In this document: one piece after another, positions 14,498 through 28,600 of the stretch
How positions within the stretch are numbered: the stretch's first letter is position 1
How the letters are laid out: every line of letters starts with the position of its first letter
Origin: Cycas panzhihuaensis
Lineage: Eukaryota > Plantae > Cycadophyta
Direction of reading: 5' to 3'
Length of the DNA stretch: 64,000 nt
NCBI GenBank assembly: GCA_023213395.1
Contig: CM041465.1
Coordinates: 85,567,741-85,631,740, forward strand
Notes under the pieces: generated by a model
Databases searched by the model: none
What the model was told of the DNA's origin: nothing
The model's input: the letters and a program-made list of their open reading frames with translations, nothing else
Program-made: the position numbers and the translations under genes

Positions 14498-17400
14498 ATG
14501 GCACGTCAAATGGTTTCAGCGAATATAATTAAACTTTTTAGCAGTGATAATTTCTTAGCTTGAAAGAAATAAGTTAAGAACATATTAATAATAAATAGAC
14601 TATGGCCTTATGTTTCTGGAAAATTTCTTATACCATTTACTATTTAAGATCTTAATTATCATTCGGTTGTCATTCCTCTTGATCCTAATGTTGTAGCTAC
14701 CTTTAAAGAGTTCGATAAAGTTTCGCTTTCTTTTTTGCACTTGTCCTATGAAGATAATATCAATCAAAACATTGAATAAGTCCCTACCTCAGTTAATGTT
14801 TGGAGTATCATTTGTGCACTTTATGAAAGCTTAGATAATGCTAGAATCATTATGCTTAAAGCCTAACTCTACTCTAATTAATTTACAAGATCTATTGTAG
14901 TACAATTGATATAGATCAACCACTAGATGATAGTAATCTCATATCTAGTATAGTACATGTTTTGCCACTTGGATATAATTCCCTTATATTTAATTTGCCT
15001 CATACACATCGACTTACCACTCTTGACTTTAGTACATTTAAGGGTCTACTACTCTAAGAGGAATTCATTCTAAATAGATTAGAGAATCTAGGTGCCTCCT
15101 CTTCTACACCAACATGTGTAACCTATCATAGAGAAAGATAACATCATCCACATTTGACCCAATAGTTTGGTTTAATGAATTTGAACCATCAGTCATGCTA
15201 GTAATGTTAGCCTTGACCACTATATACTCCTTAGATTATTTGTTACTACTGTGACAAACCTAAATATATTGTACCTAATTATAGAAAAAATAGAGTTGAT
15301 CTCTAATAATAATAATTTAGAACCACCTTACTATGCGAGGTGGTCAGAATTATGGATGTGATAATTACCAGAGATAACAAAGGCAAAATTAGCCTAACTA
15401 TTAAGGACCAAGGAGATAAAATCAAAATGCTCCTCAAGGCAATTAGTAGAATAAGAATCACAATCATAGATAAAATCAAAATTAAGGTGGTTATTTAGTT
15501 AACTCACAAAATCTCTTACTTACTACATTAACAACTTAACATTCTAATATATCCTTATTAATCGATTTAGGTGCCTCTCGACATATGACAAGTTCAGAAG
15601 AACTTCTTATAAATACATGACCAATACATAATCAATCAATTACTTTTAGAGATGATGTTATTTTAGAGATTGCTAAGATTAGTAGTGTTCTTATTTTATT
15701 AAAAAAAATTAATACTCTACATCACTCAATAATGTCTTTTATGTACCTGGCATGACACATAACTTGTTATTTATTAGTCAAATAAATAAGTAAAACTTTG
15801 ATGTTATGTTTAGTCATCTTGGTGAATTCTTAATTACATATCTAAATGGCAACCTAATTGCCTTAGGGTATCAAGATCAAAGACTATATAAGCTTGATGC
15901 AATAACTAGACCTTTGATCCTACCATATAAATTTGATTCTTGTAGTAATTCAGCTTCTACATTTGATACTTCAACTTTAGATACAGATGAGTAATTTGCT
16001 TCAAAAGTATTTGTTTCTTAAAAACTCCTAAAAGACCAGTTATGGCATCAATGCCTAGGTCATTTAAATATGAACAACTTTTATTTGTTTTATAAATTAA
16101 ATATAATGCATGGTATACCTAATATAAAGCATGCAAAATATATTTGTAAGGCTTATATTATGGGTAAACATTATTAGGCTCCATTTAGGTCAAATGGAAG
16201 AGCTTGGTATGCCAAGGAACCTTTAGGCCTAATACATTTAGATATCTATGAGCCCATGTCACAAGCATCTTTTAGAGGCTACCAATATTTCATTACATTC
16301 ATTAATGATTATTCCATAAAAATTTAGGTCTATTTTTTGAAGAAAAAATTATAAGCATTTGATAAGTTCAAAGAATTTAAGTATGCCACTAAACTAGAAT
16401 TTAGAAATCTAATTAAAATCCTTCATTATGATAATGTAGGTAAATATACATCAAATGAATTCACCCAATTCTACAAGGACAATGGCATTAAATAGTAGTT
16501 TTCTAACCCTTACACACCTCAATAAAATAAAGTTGCTAAGAGAATGAATTAGACCTTGGTTAGTAAAGGTAAAGCCATGCTTATCACTAAGAATTTAGGA
16601 CTTTAATTATGAGTTGAAGCCCTTCATATAACTACTTATCTTATAAACTAAAATTCAACTAAAATAGTACTAAACATTACTCCTTAAGAGGCTCGGTTAG
16701 GTCAAAAGACCATGGTCTTATATTTACATACTTTTGGTTGTACATCATACATACTCATACCAAAAGAACAAAAGAAAAAATTGGATGATAAAAGTAAGAA
16801 ATATATCTTTATTAATTATCAACCTAGATGTAAAGCATACAAATTATATGATCCTTCCACTAAGTAAATATATACATCTTGAGATGTTATTTTTTCAAAA
16901 GAGAACTCGAATTTGGATATCACTCAAAACTCATTTTTTTATGATCAATTTGAAAAAGCACCAACTACTCCTCCTACTCCTCAAAATATTCCTAAAGAAT
17001 AAATGCCTCCTTCATCATCATATGCTTCTAGTACATCATCTATGCCACATACCTCTACATCAATCTCTACTTTAATTAGTTCTATAAAAGACATCCAAGA
17101 TGATGCTATTTCAAAGTGGCTTTCCAAATGGTATTTACAAATAATCTCTTCTACTCCTTTACTACCACAACAAATAAAGAGATAATCTAAAATATACACA
17201 AACTTTGCCTTAATGCTAGAAGTGTTGTCAACTCCTAAACTAACCACTTTTGAAGAAGTTATTGTAAATCAAAAGTAGCAAGTAGTTATAAATGGGAAGA
17301 TAGATTTTATTTTACAAAATTATATATGGGAGCTAGTTGAGTTGCATGAAGAAAAGAAACCTATTAATTATAGATAAATATACAAAACAAAATTTCATAC

Positions 17401-19344
17401 AGATAGCTCCATTCAGTAGCATAAAACATGTCTGGTTACCAAAGGTATCAAATAGATTAAAGGTGTTAACTACAAGGATACATTTACACTAATAACCAAC
17501 ATGACCACTATCAATTTTATCTTGGCTCTTACAGCTCAATTTAATTGGCTTGTTTATTAAATAGATGTAAAAAGTGCCTTCTTGAATGGCAATTTACAAG
17601 AGGAAATATATTTAAATTAACCTCTTAACTTTGTTGTTCAAGGAAAAGAACACCTCGTTTGCAAGCTGAAAAAACCTCTTATGGCCTTAAGCAATCACCT
17701 CACACCTATTATGTAAAAATTAATAAATATTTTTAAAAGCATAGATTGATATGCTTATCTTCATATCCAAATTTATATATCAAAATGTATAATAATTTGA
17801 TCACTCTAGTTGTACTTTATGTTGATGATTTATTGATAATTGGTAATGATATAAAGTAGATTACATATCTCTAAGGGAAATGAAGCAACAACTTTAAGAT
17901 GATTGATCTTAAGTTGCTTCACTACTTTCTTTCTATGGAAGTCTAATAGGAGCCAATCCATATCTTTCACTCATACTCTAAATATGTAAAAGAAATTTTT
18001 AAAAATTTAAGATGAAAGCTTTAAGATGATTGACCTTAGGTTGCTTCATTACTTTCTTGCCATGAACATCTAATAGGATCCAAGCTATATCTTTCTCTCA
18101 CAGTCTAAATATGTAAAAGAAATTTTCAAAAATTCAAGATGAAAGAATACAAACCATTACGAACTCCTATGGAGATAAAATTAAAATTAGATATTGATGA
18201 GCATGGAAAACTGATGGATCCTATATTATATAGGCAACTTGTAGAAAATTTAATTTACCTTACTCATACTCAACCTGATATTACGTATGATGTTAGGATA
18301 TGCTCAAGGTTTATGACATAGCCCAAGACTTCATATTAGAAAGTAATAATGAGGATCTTGAGATATCTTCAGGTACTCTCCAACTTAGACTTTATTATTA
18401 TCATGTGGATAATATATTATTAATAGGTTATACATATACAGATTAGGTTGGATACAAAGATAGTCATAGATCAATCTTAGGCTATTATTTTCATCCAAGT
18501 TATGCCTTAGTTTCATAGTGTTACAAAAGATAGCCTAATGTCACTTTATCTTTAACTAAAGCTGAGTATAAAACCATTGTTAGTTTTATTATTGAGGCTA
18601 TCCAGCTTAGAAGGATTCTTAAAGAGCTTGGAATCAATCAGACACAAGCTACTTTATTATTCTATGATAATTAGAGTGTTCTTAAATTGACCAAGAATCC
18701 TATGTTCCATGTTATGATAAAACATATCAAGATGCACCATCACTTCATCAAGGAGCATGTTCAGGATGGTGAAATAGATTTGATCTACAAGCCAATCAAT
18801 GATCAAATAGTAGATATCTTCACAAAGGTATTCTCTCATGACAAATCCGAAAGGTTTTAGCTTAGCCTTAGTATTAGAATTAATAAATTCATCCTTAAGG
18901 GAGGGTGATAAAAAATTTAATATTAAATTCATTAATTCTTAGTTATTTGTAATATATTATAAAGTTATTTTATATTAAGGGTATTATTTTAATAAAAGGG
19001 TTAAGTGATAACTTAATGTTATGAGCCTATATACGTAGGGGCATTTTTTCTCACAACATTATAATAATATAGATTTAGATTAATCATGCAAGGTGCCAAC
19101 TGTCACCTTGCATGGTCATATATTTACTATTCTCTCAAGTCTCTTGTAAATATTATTTGTTGTCTATATGAGGCTTTGTATGCAATATAAGATGATCTTA
19201 CAATGATCTTGGGTGATTAATGAAATGCATTGTTACTTTAGAGTTAAGATTAATTCTACTCTCTTTTCTTCATTGTTGCATGTTATCCATATGTGAGTGG
19301 GATTGGAACCTGGGTCTAAATTGGGACTGATTGCACTCCTTTCA
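14498..19344 (+). mobile_element. Heavily decayed Ty1/copia element (C), 5' LTR not found
   Basis: Gag-like start at 14498; degraded protease, integrase, RT (LYVDDLL near 17815; YRQLVENLIYLTHTQPDI) and RNase H motifs; PPT AAGGGAGGG then a candidate 3' LTR TGATAA...TTTCA at 18906-19344. Confidence 0.85.
17892..18145 (+). repeat. 127-bp tandem duplication inside element C RT region
   Basis: 17892-18018 and 18019-18145 both start CTTTAAGATGATTGA and end AAGATGAAAG. Confidence 0.88.
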
Positions 19345-20953
19345 TATAAGACTTAGGAAATTAAGGTAAATAATAAATTTTCCAAAAGAAATTAGTAAAT
19401 TAAAAATAGGATCATAATTTGAAGCAAGTACCTTTTTAAGATTGTCTTGTATCTTTGATTCTTCCTTAATTTTCTCATTGATGGATGTTTTCTCCTTTAA
19501 TTCATCTTCATTATATAGCTCATAGGTAGGCTTTTTATTAAAATATTCTTCAATTTGATCACCCAGTTCTTTATGTGTGATATTTATCTTATCTTTATAT
19601 TACTCCTCGATGAACTTATCACTAGGTTATTTTTCTCCCAGACCAATTATTTTTATAAAATCCTATATATTCTCCTTAAGAGCTTTTAATCTAGATAAGA
19701 TTTCTTGAAGTCCCTCTTGATAGTCTTTTTTGTTCTCTTCCTTTCAATATTTAATTTTGAAGTTTACAAATATTTTAATAGTATAGTTTCTTTAGTATTC
19801 ATGCCACTCCTTTATAATTCTTTCTTTAAAACTTATGAGAAAATATTATGAGAAATATTCCCAATCAAGGTAATAATCAAAAAGCCTTTTAATAGCCTAC
19901 ACCTAAGTTTGTCCACCTATATATTCTAAAATATATAAGGAAAATATCCTTCTTTCTATATGAGGTCAAATGTTAAAGCTTTTTTTAGCCTTCTCTAACC
20001 ACTCTATAGGTCAAGCTCCTCTATCTTTGATAAAAATAGGAATATTTGACTATGTTTTTATACATTTACTTCTAAATATAATTACTATATTAAAGTAACT
20101 CTGAAGTACATCAAATAATAGCTCAAAATAATGGCCTATAAAACAAGATTCCAATACTTTAAATAAATTTAAAATTTGATACCTATAGTAGAAGTTATGA
20201 CACTTTTAAGGTAGGTCATAATTAGGACTTTTTTAAGACTATAATAACACATATTACTAAAATGATAATAAGTTTTTACTTTAATATCTTATGGGTTTAA
20301 AACAACTTCCAATAGAAAGTAGATATTAAGACATACAAATTAAAAAAATATTTGAAGTTAATTAGATACTTGTGGCTAAAGTTATGGTCGTTTAAAATTA
20401 CAATGATAGATTTTAGGCCCTGGAAAAACTAATATATAGTAGACCAAAACTAAATTCCCTATAATTTTTATAATTTCACTATAAACTTATAGTATAACTA
20501 CTTAAGTTTTGTAGAATAGATATGGTCAACTTAAATTTGTGATTATTGCTTTAAAATTCTTCTATTTATACTCCTAAAAATGTAAATATTTGATAGGCCA
20601 AAAATGAAACTCTAATACCACTTGCAGTGATCCTAAGTTGGATCTACTTCTTTAAATATAAAAAAATAAATAAAATAAAGGATGAATAAGCAAAACTTCC
20701 CTAGCACCAAGTGTTAAATCAAATTAAGATTAACCCAAAAATAAAACTTACATAATGATTTAGGGGTTTCCCCTATTTATAGGTGCCAATATGACTCCTT
20801 GTTAAAAATATTGACTTTAATAATAATATTAATAATAAAATACTTACTTTTTAATATGAAAAAATAACTTTATATCAATGTAAAAGTACTACTCCTTAAA
20901 AGTTAACTTATAATCAAATATCAACCTCTCCTTAATAGAATAAGATCATTACA
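19345..20953 (-). mobile_element. 5' part of an old LTR retrotransposon (LTR ~20623-20953, degenerate iMet PBS, gag-like remnant)
   Basis: ACTCTAATACCA at 20609-20620 (reverse complement of degenerate iMet PBS); termini TGCAGTGATC...GATCATTACA; gag-like DWEYFS*YF near 19850-19900 on minus strand. Confidence 0.55.
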
Positions 20954-21266
20954 CAAGGTCAAAAATATTTTTTAAAAATATAACATAAGCAAAAAATAAT
21001 AAAAAATACTCACGTTGAATAAGATAAATTACTTAAAGAGACATTAACTTATGTTTAACTCATAAGATAGCTAACTTGGAGGGGAACTTAAGTCGTATTT
21101 AACCTCTATAACCTAACTTAAAGGTGTATGGGTTAATGACAAGTCAAAATAGACACTTAGAGGAGCCAAAAGAGAGTGTGAAATAAAATAAATAAAAGAT
21201 GTTGCCATAGAGAAACTATATTATAATAATTGTCATAACTAAAGGGATGTCCTATAAAATAGTACC

Positions 21267-24200
21267 TGTTGGTATAACACTCACCAGGGATTTAGAAATA
21301 TAAGAATGTACACATATAGAAATATAATTGTGAGAGAAAAAAACTCAATCTTCAATATTATTCACTGTCACATACATGTATATATTTCAGCTTATAAATC
21401 AATGGTGAGAAGTTCAACTACCTAATAACTGATTTACCTAACCCACCATTGGGTTATTAATTAAAGTTTATAATAACCCTTACATTAAAGACCTTTATAT
21501 ATAACTCTTATATTAAACATTATTTTCTAACATTCCCCCTATAATATTTAATTTGTAATAATCAATAACTTGTACTAAATATTATCTCTATTCTTCTGAT
21601 GCCTTACCATTAAATTATATCACTTTATGTGCTTATGCCTATACTTTATTCCTAAAATAGTTATTGATTTCCATATAAAGATATCACCATCGATCGAATC
21701 ACATGGGTAACTAGCCTATATGCCCATCGATCATCTAAGTAATGCCTTCACATATGTGATTTATTATCATTGAGTAAGTCTTCATTTGAGCTACATTTTA
21801 ATCCCTTCATAAATCTAATTCACTAATATGTATGTAAGGAGTAGGATGAACTGCCTAACCAGAGAGATATCATAAAACTCAACATTCATGAACAAGTTAT
21901 ACTACTCATCCAACAATGTCTAGCAACTTGTGTCAATCTTGCCTTTTGTCATACAAGATTTCCAATATCAACATTTGATCAAAATTTGGTCACAAACACC
22001 ATTATCATTAGCTCTTTGGCTAGAACAACCATCATTATTAGATATTTGGTTGGAACAAATTATCATACCATCATTAATGAATCCTTTAATCCACAAAGCA
22101 CACATCTAACAATAATCAATAACCACCCTTTATATGTGTTTATTATAGAGGTATATTATTGAAGCATCATCACAGTTTCCATGACTAAATATAAAATTCT
22201 TATAAGTGTAAGGGTCTTTAAATTTATAATTACATATAAAGCTACATAATTTGCTACTTCATTATGGTAACTTCAATCTTGAACTATAAATACTCTTCCT
22301 TGCTATAGTGATTTCAATTTTTTATCTTCATAGACTTTTATCTTCACCTATTTATCTTTAGTCTTCAAAATCTTAATTATTATTATTTTTTGTAACAACT
22401 TTTATCTTTATCTCTTTGTCTTCAATCTTCTTCAATCAACCTAAAGGTATATAAATGATATATACTCGATCTTATATATCAACCTCATTCAACAACTTTA
22501 TTAAATGGCCATATGCTATGTTCAGTTGTCCAGGCCTATAAAGGACTAACTAATACAAATAATAAGGAAGGCTAGCAACTTCCTTATAAATACAACTCAT
22601 TACTTTTTCTATGGTAATGTTTCATAGTATTTTGTTCTCATTTAATACTATTTTTAAATAACACAAATTTCATTCACTCTATAGAGTGTAATTTTGTAGC
22701 TTACAAAACTTCATTTATTAACTTTATCAAGCAGGGTAATTTGGGCTATTAAATATGGTGGGTAACATCATTATTTAGGCATATTTATCATCATATTTAT
22801 ATATATTTATCATCATGTTTTCATCAATTCACTATCATGTTTTCATAGGCATGTTCAACTCTATTTTGATTATTTATTACTTTCTTCAACCACAAAGAAC
22901 TTTAACAAACTAAACTTCAGTGAAAAAAACAACCAAAATACTTGGGTATTTCTTCATCTCATCTTCATCATCTCCTTTTCTTTCCTCACAATGAGAGACC
23001 TTCTATTTGATAGCATTAGGCATTCCTCCTCTAACTTCTTCATAGCTATATTTGCTTTTGAAAATAAGCATTTAACCCATCTTTGGATTAAATATAATAA
23101 TCTGTAATATGGCCTTTATAAAATATTTCTCTGCACATACATTCCACATAGTGTCTTCTACTTCTAATGAAGTGTATAAAGGATCAAAACTTTCTAATAA
23201 GACTATCAATCCCTAATCATAACTAATTTGTAGGCACTCATGTCAGGGTAGCTCCTTGAACTATTTATCACTATCCACTTATGGCTTCTTTGTGACACTT
23301 ATTATTTTATGCCTAGGAATTCTTTCTTTCTTTACACTCTTTACCTCAGGTACTAAACTCTTTCAATACTTCATAAGTTCTTGAAGAATTATTAATCAAC
23401 TTGGTTTCAATGGCAGTAGGTCCTATATTTCAGCACGTAATAAAAGATTACCTATCTCTAACCAATGAAGGAAAACCATTAGAAATATGACATTGTAGGT
23501 TTGGTTTAATGGTCGTGATACCTATAATATTATCTTGGTCATCCCTTAATGACTTATGCCAACTATTCAAAGAGATCTTGTAGGCTTCCAATGTGGAATT
23601 TTACCTTCTCTAAAACCTTAGGGGCAGGCTTGAAAGGATGTTGAGGTCTTAATTGTATCAATTTTCTTCAAAATTTCCATAAGAAAATTACAAAAGGTTT
23701 CTTCTCTTATTATGAAATTAACCATCTCTATGAACATGTACTATCATATTATTTCCAAGCAAACTATCTTTTAAAGCTTGTTCTCCTATTTAGATAACAA
23801 CAAGGTTTCAATACATACATTACATAAAATAATGGGACTTTGTAACTTGTTGTATCTCAAACCAATCACCAAAATGGAGACCATAAATGTCTTGGTAAAA
23901 ACATTTGCATAGACAATTTGATAATCAATTGGCATGCAGATGCCAAACTTGCACATTTTACTCAAAATTATACCATGACAATGAAGAATTGCATAAGTTA
24001 TAAAGCCAAAACCATATGGTTAGCTTGTGAAAAAAATTATCATAATAAGTGAATCCATTAGTTCTCCACCCAAAATTTTATTATTTCTTTAGAGAATTCT
24101 TTTATTTAGGATCGTTAGTCTCTAAGAAAACGTTGGAGAAATAAGATTGACATTGTTATCCAAATTGTCACTATTAATGTTGAAAGTGTCACTTTCACCA

Positions 24201-25038
24201 TCCCAACGACCTATCTCCTTTAAACAAACACCATCCACTTCATTTTGTTCTTCATTGTCAAAGGATTTAACCTAGAGTTCACTTTCTTTCCCTTATTTTT
24301 TAATGGAAATTATATGATCAATCGAAGTAGTGTTTCTTTTGGTATGATCTTGCTTAATTATTTATGAATAATGGGTAATCCCATGGAGATTGGGTCTTTG
24401 GTGGTACAAATGCCTCCACTCCACCATCATCAAATATAGAATCCTTATTCATCTCTATTAATTTAATTAAGCATTAATGATTGATATGCAAAAGAGTACT
24501 AGCGCCATCATGATTTTATAGATAATGATCCAAACTTAGATATGTTTGAGACCTTATCATCATATACCAACATCACTAAAAAAAAATTCCTACCTCTTCT
24601 CATATGTTTTAGTGAAATATCGCATCCATCTCTAAAAAATTGATGTGTTTACAAACTACACACTAATGTATTTTTATTTCTACCTAAACACTAATAAATT
24701 TTCACTTCTACAATGCCACATTCTTACACATTTCAAATCTAAAAGGGGTCATCATTAAGACAATAGCCTCTTAGTCTAGATCAAAAACCACTATTATGGT
24801 AGCACTCATCAAGGATTTAAATATAAGAATATACGCATACAAAAGAAAACTCAATCTTTAATAGCATTCATTGTCATATATGTGTACATATTTCAACTTA
24901 TAAATCAATAGTGAGTAGTTCAACTACCTAATAACTAATTTACCTAACCCATCATTGGGTTATTAATTAAAGTTTATAATAACCCTTACATTAAAGACCT
25001 TTACATGTGACCCTTATATTAAACATTATTTTCTAATA
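21267..25038 (-). mobile_element. Non-autonomous LTR element (D) with no recognisable pol
   Basis: LTR pair 21267-21532 and ~24792-25038; degenerate TSD GTACC/GCATC; PPT complement TTCCCCC at 21533; TGG-starting PBS-like site ending at 24790; no RT or INT motif seen in the ~3.3-kb interior. Confidence 0.8.
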
Positions 25039-25111
25039 GCATCTCCATAATAAAAAGAGAGTTATAAAGAATAAATTTTATATCATCACTAATAAGGATA
25101 TGTGATATATC

Positions 25112-25470
25112 TTAGTATTTACCATCATACCAAAACCTTAAGGTATTAGTGGAGAGGGGAGCCACTACCTTAAGAAGGCCCAAGAATAAGTCCACATCCA
25201 CCCACCCATAAATCAGAGAGTCAAGTTTAGAAACACTTAAGAGGGGCTAGGATACTTCAACACCTACCTACAAACTAAACTCAAAGTGAATTGAACCATA
25301 GACCCCCGCTCTGATACCACTTAGCATTTACCATCACGCCAAAACCTCCAGGTGTTAATGGAGAGGGACCCACTACCTTAAGAAGGCCAAGGAATAAGTC
25401 TGCATCCACTAACCTATGAATCAAAGAGTTGAGTTTGGAAACACCTAAGAGAGGCTAGGATACTCTAACA
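25112..25470 (-). mobile_element. TRIM (terminal-repeat retrotransposon in miniature)
   Basis: ~150-bp direct repeats 25112-25262 and 25321-25470 around a ~58-bp interior carrying iMet PBS complement GCTCTGATACCA (25308-25319); possible imperfect TSD ATATC/ATATG. Confidence 0.88.
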
Positions 25471-25689
25471 ATATGCACAAGCAAATAAAGTAAATCCTTA
25501 ATCAAATGCAAAACAAGATAAATGATAAGTAAATATAAGTAATCAAATATAGTGTGAGGTAAATAAAAAGCATTAAATAAATATATAATAAGTGAGAGAT
25601 AAAAATAATACTTGATGTTCCCATATTTTAGGCATAGTAGTCAAAATTTGAGGAAACAACTACCAATAATTCTATTATTGGCCCTATAT

Positions 25690-28600
25690 AAAATCTTACT
25701 TTTTTCTTAAGGTTTTAGACATGGAAGACATTGTGAATTCTACTAGCTTGAGGGAGGTTGAGGACATATGCAATTATTTATATATTTTGTCCTATTTGGT
25801 AAGGATCATAGAAGCAAGACATCAATTCATATTTCCCTACTTGCTTAAGAGATACATGTTTGTATGGTTAGAATCATACATAGACCCACTCTCTAACCTT
25901 AAACTATCTATCTATTTGTTTCAAATCAACCTACCATTTCATCTTGTTAATGATGGTATCATAGTTATACTGGATTTCTTTTAAAATTTTATTAAGCTAC
26001 AAGATCAAGTCCTTAGCTAGTAAGGTTTTTATTATGCTATGGATATAGTTAATTGGTGTTAATGATTGATATCTCTACAGTGCAATAAAGGGTGACCTCT
26101 TGATTATGGAATAGTAGTTTATCCTACACTAATATTCTCTAAGGTGGATCTAGCTTACCATTTAAATTGGTTGTTATTTATGTAGCACCTTAAATAAATT
26201 TCTAGACATTTATTTAATACCTTAAATTATCTACCAACTTAGGGATGGTATGTTATGTTTATAGTGAGTTTGGTACTTGTAAATTTGAATAACTCCTTTC
26301 AGAAATGACTAGTAAATTTTGGGTAGTGGTTGTTTACTATTTTCGAATAGAATCTATGTAGTCGATGAATATTTTTTTATAAATACTTGTACAATATAGG
26401 GTGCTTTGAAAGAAGGCTATATAGGAATAAAATAGGTATATTTTGTCAAGTGGTCTACTACCATGAATAGAGCATCCTTTCCTTCTAACTTAAAGAGGCC
26501 TATGATAAAGTCCATTGATATTTTTTCTCATTTTTGGTATGATCCTTTAGGAGGTTGCAGAGTATGTGACTCCTGATATTATTTACTTTTTGTCTCTAGG
26601 AAGTGTCATATTTGATAATGAATTACCTTATGGTACACTTCATTCCTTTCTAATACAATGATGATTTATCCTGTCATTTGTTTTAGTAAATCTAAAGTGA
26701 TTAACAAGTAGGGCTTGATAGTATTCCTGAGTATAATTACTTTAAGATATGAATCTTGGGGTAAATAAATTCCTCCCTTATAGAGTAGGATGTTTCCTTT
26801 TATAGTCCATTTGGTATCATTATTTTGTTAATGCATTTGTATATGTGGCTTGTGTAGCCATATATATGGTATTTTCTTGGTGTAGTTTGTCTAACCAATT
26901 GGGGTGTGGGATAATTATTGTTGAAGAACTAGGTTCTTCATATTTTTAGGATAGTGCACATACTACTACATTTTCTTTTGATTTTTTTTATAGGAGATTT
27001 CAAAGTTATAGTCTTATATCTTGTTAACCTATTTTTGTTATTCTTCTAATAGGTTGGGTTATGAGAGGAAGTATTTAAAGCTATGGTTATTTGTTCATTT
27101 TATGAATTTTATTTGTAATAAGTACTGCCTCCATTTAGCTAGGGAATACAAGATAACTAGCATTTCTTTGTCATTGATACTTTTGGCTTTTCCCCAGAGG
27201 TTGAATTTTTTGGTCTTATATGATATTGGATGGTCATTTGGAGTAAAATTGTGTCAATCCTCATTCCTAAAGTATCATATTCTACTATGAATATTTGGGG
27301 GAAGTTTGATAAGGTTAAGACTAGTGTAATGGTTCTTTTCATCTTGAGATTTTTGAAGTTTTAGTTTGCCTCTTCATTCCACTTCAAGTTGTTCTTCTTA
27401 GTGAGATTTATTAGTGGGCTTATATTCGTAACATATCCTTTTAGAAACTTTCTATAGTATCATGTGAGCTAAAGGAATCCATGTAGTTTGGAAACAATTT
27501 TAGGAATGGAGCAATTTAATATTACTTAAATCTTTATTATATCTGTTTGGATTCCTTTCACTAATACAATATATCTTAGGTATTCTAATATTTGCCTTCT
27601 AAAATAATATTTCAACCGTATCGCAAAGACAGTATTATCCCTCAAGATTTATAAGACTTTCTAGAGGTAAGGTAAGTGTTTCTACTATGTTTTGGCATAG
27701 ATCAATATATCATCAAAAAATATCATGGTGAATAGCCTAAGACAAGAAGAAAAATTATGATTCATGTTAGCTTGGAATGTTGTAGGGGCATTAGTTAGTT
27801 TAAAGGTCATGAATTTAAACTCATATAGCCCTTAATGCACTCTAAAAGTAGTTTTTTCTGTATCTTGTTGTTTGATAAGGATTTGGAAGTATCTAGACTA
27901 GAGGTCAATTTTAGTAAAGTATTTTACTCAAATGCAATTCATCTATGATATCATCAATTCGAGAGATTGGATATTTATTCTTTAATATAACCTTGTCTAG
28001 ATCACCACAATCCACATATTATTTGAATGAACCATTCTTTTTACATGCAAGTGCTATTGGTGCTATGTAGGGACTTTCACTTATGTAGCTACTTTTATGC
28101 TTAAAATTTCTTACATGAATCTCAATTTTGGTCTTCTATTTATGTCCATAGTGATATGGTCTTTATATAATTAGTCGTGTCTCAAATTCTATCTTAGTTA
28201 AATCTTACATATTTCTTGTGGGTGGTAAAGATTTTGGAAGTTCCTAGAATACATCTTAATAGTTATCTAAGATTTGGTCTAATTATTATTTTTGGTATGG
28301 AGGCAATTGGTTACATGTATCCTAGGATTTAATTGCAAATAATTCAACAATGAACCCATTATTTCTTATTTGGAGTAATTTATTCATCTTTTCTACATAG
28401 ACAATAGAATTCTTTTAATGTTGATGCTTGTTAGGTGATATCTTTATTTATCTATTCTAAACCTAATGAGGTTTTCATTATGGTTTAGGGCATATGTCCC
28501 AAGTGTGCTTAACCATACAACTCCTAAGGCTTCATCAAATCAATTGGTTGGAAATATATAGTAGTCTAAAGAGAATTCGTACCCATAAATTTGAAGTCGT

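Noticed and set aside
25112-25470. Cassandra element (5S rRNA-bearing TRIM)
   Set aside because: No 5S rRNA internal-control-region sequence visible in these LTRs or in the 61.5-kb array.
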